DNA from: SAR86 cluster bacterium
GTDB lineage: Bacteria; Pseudomonadota; Gammaproteobacteria; Magnimaribacterales; AG-339-G14
DNA length: 64,000 bases
Direction of reading: 5' to 3'
Assembly (NCBI GenBank): GCA_028135785.1
Contig: JAOIHS010000002.1
Location: forward strand, 6,222-70,221
Positions within the stretch are counted from its first letter, which is position 1, and each line of letters starts with the position of its first letter. The position numbers and the translations under genes are program-made. Under the pieces are notes generated by a model. The model was not told the DNA's origin. It did no database searches and worked only from the letters and a program-made list of their open reading frames with translations. Positions 24,218 to 30,788 of the stretch are shown piece after piece.

Positions 24218-24339
24218 CGTAAATTAATAAAAAGAATTCCCGGTAAAAATTACCTTAAAAATTTCACCTATTTTTTCGTGTTAGCGGAAGTCATAAGGGG
24301 TTTATAAGAACGATTGCGATCTCTTATGAGTATTAATAA

Positions 24340-24378
24340 GGCAATTGCCTGGAAATTTCAATAATCACAAGTTATAAT
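24340..24378 (+). promoter_or_regulatory. Candidate promoter/operator of the methyltransferase gene
   Basis: 10-bp palindrome GGCAATTGCC (24340-24349) abuts a -35-like TGGAAA (24350-24355). A 17-nt spacer leads to a perfect -10 TATAAT (24373-24378), only 7 nt before the ATG at 24386. No Shine-Dalgarno is present, which suggests a leaderless mRNA. Confidence 0.35.
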
Positions 24379-24385
24379 TAAATCG

Positions 24386-25135
24386 ATGAAATTAAACAAA
24401 ATTTATGAAGAAGATTGCCTTTCAACATTAAAAAAGATGAAAGATGATTCAGTTGATGTTGTTATAACCTCTCCCCCATACAACATGAATCTAAGGATTA
24501 GAAATGGGAAATACTGCTCAAGACAAATCGTTAAAGAAATAAGTACAAAATATACTGAATTCAGCGATAACCTACCAATCGATGAATACAATGAATTTCA
24601 CACAAATGTATTAAAGGAACTCCTAAGAGTATCAAATCTAATTTTCTATAATATTCAAATTGTTACTGGTAGCAAAAGATCAATTTTTAAAATGATAGGT
24701 GAGTTTTCTGAGAATCTAAAAGAGATAATTGTATGGGATAAGGGAAATGGTCAACCAGCAATGCAACAACAAGTTCTTAATAGAAGAACTGAGTTAATAC
24801 TTGTTTTTGAGAAGGACTATCCGATAAGCAGGCAATTTAGAAAGAGAGGAGAATTTAAAAGAGGAACACTTGATGATTTGTGGTTGATAAAAAGAGGAAA
24901 AAAAGTCGGAGGAGAGAATCACGGAGCAGTTTTTCCTGAAGAACTCGTATCAACCATACTTGAAAACTTTTCTAAAGAAGATGACATCATCTATGATCCT
25001 TTTATGGGTACTGGAACAACCGCAGTTGTTGCTAAGCAATTAAATAGAAAATTCATTGGAAGCGAAATAAGTCAACGGTATATAGAAATAGCAGAAGAAA
25101 GACTTAAAAAGACAAATGATCTTTTAAGTAAATAG
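24386..25135 (+). CDS. Type II DNA methyltransferase, beta-class, predicted N4-cytosine specific
   Basis: Motif IV SPPY at residues 29-32 (DVVITSPPYN) lies N-terminal to motif I (DPFMGTGTT), giving the beta-class circular permutation. SPPY rather than DPPY favours N4mC. Adjacent to an MvaI/BcnI-like nuclease. Confidence 0.85.
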   Translation: MKLNKIYEEDCLSTLKKMKDDSVDVVITSPPYNMNLRIRNGKYCSRQIVKEISTKYTEFSDNLPIDEYNEFHTNVLKELLRVSNLIFYNIQIVTGSKRSIFKMIGEFSENLKEIIVWDKGNGQPAMQQQVLNRRTELILVFEKDYPISRQFRKRGEFKRGTLDDLWLIKRGKKVGGENHGAVFPEELVSTILENFSKEDDIIYDPFMGTGTTAVVAKQLNRKFIGSEISQRYIEIAEERLKKTNDLLSK

Positions 25136-25171
25136 ATAGTTTTAGAGAATCATTTATGTCATATTTCTTAT

Positions 25172-25924
25172 ATGGCAGACATAGAAAAAGCAAAACGAGA
25201 ATTTCAAAGAATCAAATCGCTTGGTTATGTCTTAAGCGATAAACCCTTTGCAAAAAAGAATGACGGAGCAATTGGCAATACTTTTGAAACTTTGCTTGGC
25301 GTTGAAGAGAACAACCTAAGAGATGCAGATTTTGAAGGTTGGGAATGCAAAAGTCAGCGCAAACACACCAATTCCGCTTCTAGTTTATTTACAAGGAAAC
25401 CAGACTATCCTCATGGAGGTGATGAATACATGAGGGAGAATTGGGGTATAAAAGATACTGAGTTCCCAAATTTAAAGGTATTTAGAACCTCAATTTATTA
25501 TCATAGGTGGTCGATGGTGTATAACAAATACAAAATGAGATTAAGGATAAATGAACCCAATGAAAGACTTGAAATAATCCTCTGTGATCTTGATGAAAAT
25601 ATTATTGATGAAAGTGTTTATTGGTCATTTAAATCACTAAAAGAAGCAAGTTCAAAACTTAAGAACACATTCGTTGTAAAAGCAGAAGAAAAAACCATTA
25701 ATGAAAAAGTATATTTTAAATATATAGAAGGAACAGTCTATATGAATTTTAATTTTGGTAATCTAATTAAATTAATAAAAGATGGCAAAGCAAGATATGA
25801 CAATAGACTTGGAGTATATCGCACAGGAGACAAGAGAGGAAAAAAACATAATCATGGGGGTGGGATAAGACTAGTTAGTTCAGACTCTTACAAAGATCTC
25901 TTCGATGATTATGAAAGTTTATAG
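25172..25924 (+). CDS. Type II restriction endonuclease, MvaI/BcnI-like
   Basis: 250 aa. The block GYV..(x)..DGAIGNTFETLLGVEENNLRDADFEGWECKS (D..ExK core ECK at 58-60) and the C-terminal HNHGGGIRL..YKDLF resemble, from memory, the BcnI/MvaI family. Lies 36 nt downstream of the methyltransferase. Confidence 0.7.
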   Translation: MADIEKAKREFQRIKSLGYVLSDKPFAKKNDGAIGNTFETLLGVEENNLRDADFEGWECKSQRKHTNSASSLFTRKPDYPHGGDEYMRENWGIKDTEFPNLKVFRTSIYYHRWSMVYNKYKMRLRINEPNERLEIILCDLDENIIDESVYWSFKSLKEASSKLKNTFVVKAEEKTINEKVYFKYIEGTVYMNFNFGNLIKLIKDGKARYDNRLGVYRTGDKRGKKHNHGGGIRLVSSDSYKDLFDDYESL

Positions 25925-25988
25925 TTTTGTATCTAAGGAATATAAAGTAACTTATGAGTAATTTATGCAACCAAACCCCAATACTTTC

Positions 25989-26036
25989 AAACACCGCAGA
26001 AATAGCGGAGAATGAAAGTCGAGGTTCACTTACTCC
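25989..26036. repeat. Right arm of the approximately 50-nt imperfect inverted repeat flanking the R-M unit
   Basis: AAACACCGCAGAAATAGCGGAGAATGAAAGTCGAGGTTCACTTACTCC is an inverted copy of the segment formed by GGAGTAA plus the hairpin region at 24167-24217. Its terminal TTACTCC pairs with the GGAGTAA of copy 2 (7-bp stem, 8-nt loop). Confidence 0.75.
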
Positions 26037-26051
26037 GTTACCGTGGAGTAA
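26034..26051 (+). repeat. glmS-terminus copy 2: TCC GTT ACC GTG GAG TAA = SVTVE-stop
   Basis: 14/18 identical to copy 0. All 4 differences are at third codon positions. Confidence 0.85.
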
Positions 26052-26243
26052 TCAAAGGGGGTGTAGTTTTAGAGTTCACATTAGAGACTTAATCGAACAA
26101 CCTCACCTATCACCAACCCTATTCCAAGAGACAACAAATAATCTTTAACCTTATTGAATGTCTTCATGAAGATAAGGGTTGCGATTTCTATTTATTCTGA
26201 GATTATAGAAAATTAAATTAAACTCATTTTGTAGGGAAAGATT

Positions 26244-26624
26244 ATGATAAAAAAAGAATCTATTTTTTTAGTATTTGTTGCTATTGGTGTATTTTCTGCT
26301 TCTTTGGGATATGGTTTTGTACCAAGCCTAACAATGCCTTTTTTGTATGAAATAGAAATAACCAATACAAATTTATTAAATATTTTAAGAGCAATTTCGG
26401 GTTTATATATAGCCTTAGTAACCTTTTGGATAATAGGTGCATATAACTCTAATCTTCAATTACCTGCTCTATGGAGTTTAACAATCTTCATGACTGGGAT
26501 AGCTTTAGGAAGAGTTGCAAGCATCTTAATTGATGGTTTGCCCAGTCCAATCTTTATTTTTTATCTATTTATAGAAATTATTTCCGGCTTAATAGGTTAC
26601 GCACTTTTGAAGGGGAAATTATGA
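26244..26624 (+). CDS. Small four-TM membrane protein (DUF4345-like)
   Basis: 126 aa, four hydrophobic segments, GRVASILIDGLPSP motif. The family assignment is tentative. Confidence 0.6.
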   Translation: MIKKESIFLVFVAIGVFSASLGYGFVPSLTMPFLYEIEITNTNLLNILRAISGLYIALVTFWIIGAYNSNLQLPALWSLTIFMTGIALGRVASILIDGLPSPIFIFYLFIEIISGLIGYALLKGKL

Positions 26625-26818
26625 AGTTTCTATTAAGCGTGATCGCACTATGCACTTTAATGATTAAAGCCCAACAGAGAATATTAGTTTTAGAAAAGGA
26701 ACTAATCCACAAAAAAAAGAGCAGTAAAGTCATTGGAATTACTAGAAAACCCCCCAATACGAATCATAAACAACTCCGTAACGGTGGAGTAGATTTGGTT
26801 GTACCGGTTTTAAAATAA
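26621..26818 (+). CDS. Small hypothetical protein (65 aa), translationally coupled to the upstream gene
   Basis: ATGA start/stop overlap with 26244-26624. Hydrophobic N-terminus and basic C-terminus. Its 3' end reads through glmS-terminus copy 3 in a different frame. Confidence 0.4.
   Translation: MKFLLSVIALCTLMIKAQQRILVLEKELIHKKKSSKVIGITRKPPNTNHKQLRNGGVDLVVPVLK
26775..26792 (+). repeat. glmS-terminus copy 3: TCC GTA ACG GTG GAG TAG = SVTVE-stop
   Basis: 16/18 identical to copy 0. Both differences are at third codon positions. Confidence 0.85.
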
Positions 26819-26828
26819 GGAGAAAGAT

Positions 26829-26993
26829 ATGAGATTTAGTATTTCAACAATTATAGGAATTTTCCTAGGTGTATCTACATTTATGTTTTATGTCTCCAAT
26901 GTCAGACCAGTGGGTTGGTTTGATTCACTGGTAGGTATGATTTTAGGGGTAATAGTATTTGTGGTAGTTAAGAGATTTAAAGGTTTTAAGTGA
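26829..26993 (+). CDS. Unlisted small membrane protein (54 aa, two TM segments)
   Basis: ATG at 26829 is preceded by AAGGAG (26817-26822, 6-nt spacer). Translation is MRFSISTIIGIFLGVSTFMFYVSNVRPVGWFDSLVGMILGVIVFVVVKRFKGFK. Too short for the ORF track. It is the only ORF in the interval between copies 3 and 4. Confidence 0.55.
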   Translation: MRFSISTIIGIFLGVSTFMFYVSNVRPVGWFDSLVGMILGVIVFVVVKRFKGFK

Positions 26994-27018
26994 AAACAAC
27001 TGTTACAAACAATTCAAC

Positions 27019-27036
27019 TCGGTCACTGTTGAGTAG
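27019..27036 (+). repeat. glmS-terminus copy 4: TCG GTC ACT GTT GAG TAG = SVTVE-stop
   Basis: 14/18 identical to copy 0. All 4 differences are at third codon positions. Lies 7 nt upstream of the msrAB-fusion ATG. Confidence 0.85.
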
Positions 27037-27043
27037 AAATATA

Positions 27044-28330
27044 ATGAAGGTTTTGTCGCTTTTATTGATCTCTTTTTTTAGTATTTTTGCATCAGCTGCG
27101 ATCACCGAAGCAACGATTCACTCTGAGAAAATTATTCTTGGCTCTGGTTGTTTTTGGGGTGCTGAAAAAGGTTATGAATCTCTGCCCGGAGTGATAGATG
27201 CAGTATCGGGTTATGCTGATGGCGATGGGGTGCGACCAACCTACAGAGAGATCACAAAGCCAAAAAATAAATTCAACCCAAACAATCATGCTGAAGTGGT
27301 GGAGGTTACTTATAACAAAAATATTATTTCTACAGAGGGCATTCTCATCCATTACCTAGAATCACATGATCCAACTCAAGTGAATAGACAGGGCAATGAT
27401 ATTGGAACCCAATATAGATCCATAATTCTTTATTCAAACGAAGATCAAAGATTAGCGATTTTGAATACGATTTCTATCTATCAGGCGCTGCTTAAAGATG
27501 CTGGATACGGCAAGATAGCAACTGAAGTAAAGCCAATCCAAGAGTTTTATAAAGCCGAAAAATACCATCAAGACTACATTAAAAAAAATCCAAATGGGTA
27601 TTGTCCAGATCACTCCACAGGAGTGACTTTTAATGAGGTTAAAAAAGGCATTTCAGATCTTAAACCATTTGCTGACCCAGCTTTTGACAATAGTCTTTTA
27701 TTAAAAGGAAAACATATTTTGGTAATAGTTTCAGATGGGTATTGTCCATATTGTGAAAAATTTAAAAAAGATATTACTAGTGAATACAAAGGAACGATTC
27801 CGCTCACCAACAGAACAGCCAGCCAGCTCAATGACTTAAAAATAAAAACACCAAAATGGGCCACACCAACAATTATTTTTATTCAAGACGGAACAGAGGT
27901 ATTTGGTCATCAAGGGTACATGACACCCAAAGAATTTTATAAGGCTCTTGGTAAATTCAAATTGGGTAATTCAGAAGCATATAAGGTAGCTTTTGCAGAT
28001 GGAACTGACGCAAGGTTCTGTAAAGAATACGAAATCTTTAAAAATACTCCTGATGGAGTTTTTATAGACAAGCTTAGTGGAGCGGCGTTATTCGATACAA
28101 AAGATCGATTTAATTCTTCCACAGGCTGGCTATCATTCACAAAGCCAGTATACGATTCTGTTTATACCAAACCTGATAATAGCTATGGGATGAGAAGAAC
28201 AGAAATAAGATCTATAACTTCTGACATTCACCTAGGCCATGTATTTGCTGATGGGCCAAATGGGATGCCAAGGTATTGTATAAACGCCACAGTGTTAGAA
28301 TTTATTAAACGAGCAGATATCAAAATCTAA
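27044..28330 (+). CDS. msrAB: Secreted tri-domain methionine sulfoxide reductase: MsrA - thioredoxin-fold (CPYC) - MsrB
   Basis: Signal peptide MKVLSLLLISFFSIFASAA. MsrA motif GSGCFWG. Middle Trx-fold with CPYC and cis-Pro TPT. C-terminal MsrB motifs GWLSF, HLGHVFADGP, RYCIN. Start moved to the ATG at 27044, because the track start at 26990 would read through copy 4. Confidence 0.85.
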   Translation: MKVLSLLLISFFSIFASAAITEATIHSEKIILGSGCFWGAEKGYESLPGVIDAVSGYADGDGVRPTYREITKPKNKFNPNNHAEVVEVTYNKNIISTEGILIHYLESHDPTQVNRQGNDIGTQYRSIILYSNEDQRLAILNTISIYQALLKDAGYGKIATEVKPIQEFYKAEKYHQDYIKKNPNGYCPDHSTGVTFNEVKKGISDLKPFADPAFDNSLLLKGKHILVIVSDGYCPYCEKFKKDITSEYKGTIPLTNRTASQLNDLKIKTPKWATPTIIFIQDGTEVFGHQGYMTPKEFYKALGKFKLGNSEAYKVAFADGTDARFCKEYEIFKNTPDGVFIDKLSGAALFDTKDRFNSSTGWLSFTKPVYDSVYTKPDNSYGMRRTEIRSITSDIHLGHVFADGPNGMPRYCINATVLEFIKRADIKI

Positions 28331-28388
28331 TAATATCTATCACAGTAGCCTAGTCTATAACCGTTACAGGATAAGAACCCTTTTTAGT

Positions 28389-28745
28389 TTAATTCAAATT
28401 ATATTTGATAATAAACTTAAGATCGCCCTGAGGAGATTCAAAATTGGTTGGCTGAAAAGTATTTGATACATCATCTAAATTACTTGTTTCGAAATTAAAT
28501 TCGAACCTGTTAGGTTTTTCTGAGCTTTGACTAATCAATTCACTAGTTTCTTCTTCTTCCTCAGTATCTCTAGTCAAGAAATATATCAATCCACCAACAA
28601 GTAACAACCCAGCTATAGCGCCTCCGCTTCCGCCTCCGCCATATCCTCCTCCGCCTGAGCTACTTCCACCTCCTCCTCCTCCATAAGCTTGGGTAAAACC
28701 AAGTGGAGCCATGACAAGCATGGTAACAAATAATAATATTTTCAT
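28389..28745 (-). CDS. Secreted/anchored glycine-rich low-complexity protein
   Basis: Signal peptide, a run GGGGGGSSSGGGGYGGGGSGG, one TM (AIAGLLLVGGLIYFL), then an acidic EEEEE tract. The only minus-strand gene in the array. Confidence 0.5.
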   Translation of the reverse strand: MKILLFVTMLVMAPLGFTQAYGGGGGGSSSGGGGYGGGGSGGAIAGLLLVGGLIYFLTRDTEEEEETSELISQSSEKPNRFEFNFETSNLDDVSNTFQPTNFESPQGDLKFIIKYNLN

Positions 28746-28961
28746 ATCTTCCTCTAATAATTTTATTAAAAAAATGTTGAGTGTCTAAAAGTTTTAAATT
28801 TTTAGTTAAAATAAAAAATTAAAGCTGAAGCAAGGCAACATCTTTAGTCTATGCTTAATTTTTTTAAATTCAATGCTTTCTAAAAGAGGTTATAAGCTAA
28901 AAGATATTAATGAACTCTATTTATTTAATCTTCAATCTCATCCAGTTTAGGCTTTAACTAA

Positions 28962-28976
28962 GTAACTGTTGAGTAG
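28962..28976 (+). repeat. glmS-terminus copy 5 (15 nt): GTA ACT GTT GAG TAG = VTVE-stop
   Basis: Ser codon lost, with an in-frame TAA directly upstream. All 3 differences from copy 0 are at third positions. Shares the 14-mer ACTGTTGAGTAGAA with copy 4. Confidence 0.7.
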
Positions 28977-29003
28977 AATCGCAAGTAAGGCTTAAAATAA
29001 GTA

Positions 29004-29390
29004 ATGAAACTAATAATCATAGCCTTATCAATATTTTTATCCTTTAATGCTTTTTCAGAAAAAGTTTATTTTATTAATCTTGAAGATGGAGATGTCTTAA
29101 AATCTCCTTTCCTCATCCAATTCGGTTTGTCGGGCAAGGGCGTTGCTCCTGCTGGAGTTGATATAGATAACACAGGTCATCACCATTTACTCATAAATGT
29201 CGATGAAATAAATTACTCTCTACCTATTCCTTCAACAAATCAGCATCTCCACTTTGGCTTAGGACAAACTGAAACTAATCTCGATCTGCCTCCAGGCAAA
29301 CACAAACTCCAATTGGTACTAGGTAATAAATACCATGTGCCTCTTCAACCATTACTAATCTCAAAGAAAATTGAAGTTGTCATAGAGTAA
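29004..29390 (+). CDS. Periplasmic DUF4399-like protein
   Basis: Signal peptide and the GHHHLLI motif typical of DUF4399. Confidence 0.6.
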   Translation: MKLIIIALSIFLSFNAFSEKVYFINLEDGDVLKSPFLIQFGLSGKGVAPAGVDIDNTGHHHLLINVDEINYSLPIPSTNQHLHFGLGQTETNLDLPPGKHKLQLVLGNKYHVPLQPLLISKKIEVVIE

Positions 29391-29502
29391 CTTTGAGCAA
29401 AGAAACCAAATAGTAAAACTTATTAATCAATAAAGAAGCAATGTTAATATCGTCCAAGAAAACGGAATAATAATAAAATCTATATTAATAAGTACTGGGA
29501 GA

Positions 29503-29859
29503 GTGCTACTAGCAATTTATTTTCTAGCACCAGGCATCGGAAAATTTGTATCATGGGATACGTCTCTTGCATTAATGGAAACCCATAACATTATCATGGC
29601 TCCGATTTTACTAGCCATCGCCGGTATTGCTCAAATTGGAGGAAGTATTTGTCTTTTATTTAATAAGAAGGTGGTTTTGTGCGCACTTGGCTTTGCTGCA
29701 ATGGTTTTGCTCATTAACTTAAATTTGCATGATTTTTGGAATGTTTATGAGGGGGTTGACGCTAAGCATGAGTCGCAAAATTTCTTTAAAAATTTGGGAA
29801 TATTAGCCGGCCTCTTACTGCTGGCAGCAGTCAACCTGGAAAAAGAGATTAATAAGTAG
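29503..29859 (+). CDS. DoxX-family membrane protein
   Basis: 118 aa, 4 TM, N-terminal LLAIYFLAPGIGKF. GTG start. A 10-bp AT-rich hairpin (29849-29879) spans the stop codon. Confidence 0.6.
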   Translation: MLLAIYFLAPGIGKFVSWDTSLALMETHNIIMAPILLAIAGIAQIGGSICLLFNKKVVLCALGFAAMVLLINLNLHDFWNVYEGVDAKHESQNFFKNLGILAGLLLLAAVNLEKEINK

Positions 29860-29919
29860 TCACACCATTTACTTATTAAGTTAATATTAAAATCAGTTAA
29901 ATAATCTAGGAAGGTAACA

Positions 29920-30447
29920 GTGAATCAGTTTAAAAATTTAATCGTACTCAGTCCGTTAATTTACGCCATTCATCATTTTGAAGAGCACATAATATTTAAT
30001 TTTATAGAATGGAAACTAAAATACTTTTCTCATTCAGCTGCAGCATTATCGACGGAAGCAATTTTGTCTATATTGGTCTGTATATTTGTAATATTTACTC
30101 TTCTACATTTAGTTAAAAACAATAGGGCCAGCGCATACGTTATTTTGTACATATTATTTACCATTCAAGTCATCAACGCATTTTTTCACATATTTTTCAG
30201 CCTTTACTACAGTGACTTTAGTCCCGGCACGATTACGTCAGTCTTGCTTTACTTGCCCGTTAGCTTTTTCATTGTCCGCACAGCATTCAAAGAGGGTTGG
30301 TTAAAAACTTATTCGGAATACGCGGTAATTGCTTTTTTAGGAACAATAACCTTCGTTTTATTTGAAATATATGGGCCAATAGTTATAGTTTTATCGGTGA
30401 TAGCTAGTCTTGGCTATTATGTTTGGGCTAACAAAAAATTAACTTAA
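29920..30447 (+). CDS. HXXEE-domain membrane protein
   Basis: IHHFEEH motif near the N-terminus, multi-TM. Confidence 0.6.
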   Translation: MNQFKNLIVLSPLIYAIHHFEEHIIFNFIEWKLKYFSHSAAALSTEAILSILVCIFVIFTLLHLVKNNRASAYVILYILFTIQVINAFFHIFFSLYYSDFSPGTITSVLLYLPVSFFIVRTAFKEGWLKTYSEYAVIAFLGTITFVLFEIYGPIVIVLSVIASLGYYVWANKKLT

Positions 30448-30518
30448 ATTCTTTAAATTTGTCTAATTCAGACATGTTTGTATAGAATCAAACAATTATT
30501 TAATTTTTGGAGGACATC

Positions 30519-30743
30519 ATGAGTAATGCTAAATGGGAATATAAAATTGTAGATCACAGTAATTCAACTTCGATGGGGTATACAAATCCCGAAACCGAAG
30601 AATTTAAAGAAAATCACAAAGACAAGGACTGGAAACTAGAGATGATGAATCTAGAGATTAACAAACTTGGTCAAGACGGGTGGGAAATGGTTGCTGCGAA
30701 TAATTCCAGTGAAATTTACTTAAAACGCAAGATTGAAGATTAA
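30519..30743 (+). CDS. DUF4177-like small protein
   Basis: WEYKIV..GQDGWEMV pattern. GGAGGA Shine-Dalgarno at 30509-30514 supports the ATG at 30519 over the track's TTG at 30507. Confidence 0.6.
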   Translation: MSNAKWEYKIVDHSNSTSMGYTNPETEEFKENHKDKDWKLEMMNLEINKLGQDGWEMVAANNSSEIYLKRKIED

Positions 30744-30788
30744 AACTTTACGTTAATCCTTAAAAAATTCTAATCGTTAGAAAAAGCT

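Larger units (their letters stand above)
23264..28976 (+). mobile_element. glmS-anchored array of gene units delimited by relic glmS 3' termini (putative serially integrated cassettes; no recombinase or transposase present)
   Basis: Begins on the first base after the glmS stop. Five further same-strand copies of the glmS terminal 15-18 nt divide it into units. All genes except one are co-oriented with glmS. Confidence 0.55.

Noticed and set aside
24293-24324. Shared ATAAGGG...TTGCGAT(C/T)TCT segment downstream of copy 1 (24293-24324) and copy 2 (26172-26189), as evidence that longer flanks were duplicated
   Set aside because: Only about 18 matching nt with a 14-nt indel. Too weak to call without alignment statistics.
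25954-26148. 64-aa plus-strand ORF in the track
   Set aside because: It lies entirely over the inverted-repeat arm and glmS-terminus copy 2. It has no ribosome-binding site or recognisable motif, and is most likely non-coding.
28336-28375. Possible further degenerate glmS-terminus relics just after the msrAB stop: TCT ATC ACA GTA GCC TAG (28336-28353; S I T V A stop, 12/18 to copy 0) and ACC GTT ACA GGA TAA (28360-28374)
   Set aside because: They include non-synonymous changes or indels. A 12/18 match is expected by chance a few times in 5-6 kb. They are suggestive because of their position at a gene boundary, but not supportable alone.
23246-28976. Interpretation of the repeat-punctuated array as an integron cassette array or a Tn7/CAST insertion at attTn7
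   Set aside because: The inter-unit repeats lack the attC core sites (RYYYAAC ... GTTRRRY), and no intI gene is present. No tnsABCD/tniQ-like genes, Tn7-type ends or CRISPR array are present either. Tn7 insertion also does not duplicate the glmS coding terminus. The locus matches attTn7, but the mechanism must differ.
29376-29390. GTT GTC ATA GAG TAA (V V I E stop) at the end of the DUF4399 gene as another glmS-terminus copy
   Set aside because: It is the genuine C-terminus of a well-supported ORF and differs at non-synonymous positions, so the resemblance is limited to GAGTAA.
29914-29928. GTA ACA GTG AAT CAG at the DoxX / HXXEE gene boundary as a sixth extra copy (V T V then diverged)
   Set aside because: Only 9 nt of degenerate match. 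That level is expected by chance several times in the flexible region, so the distal boundary of the array is left at 28976.
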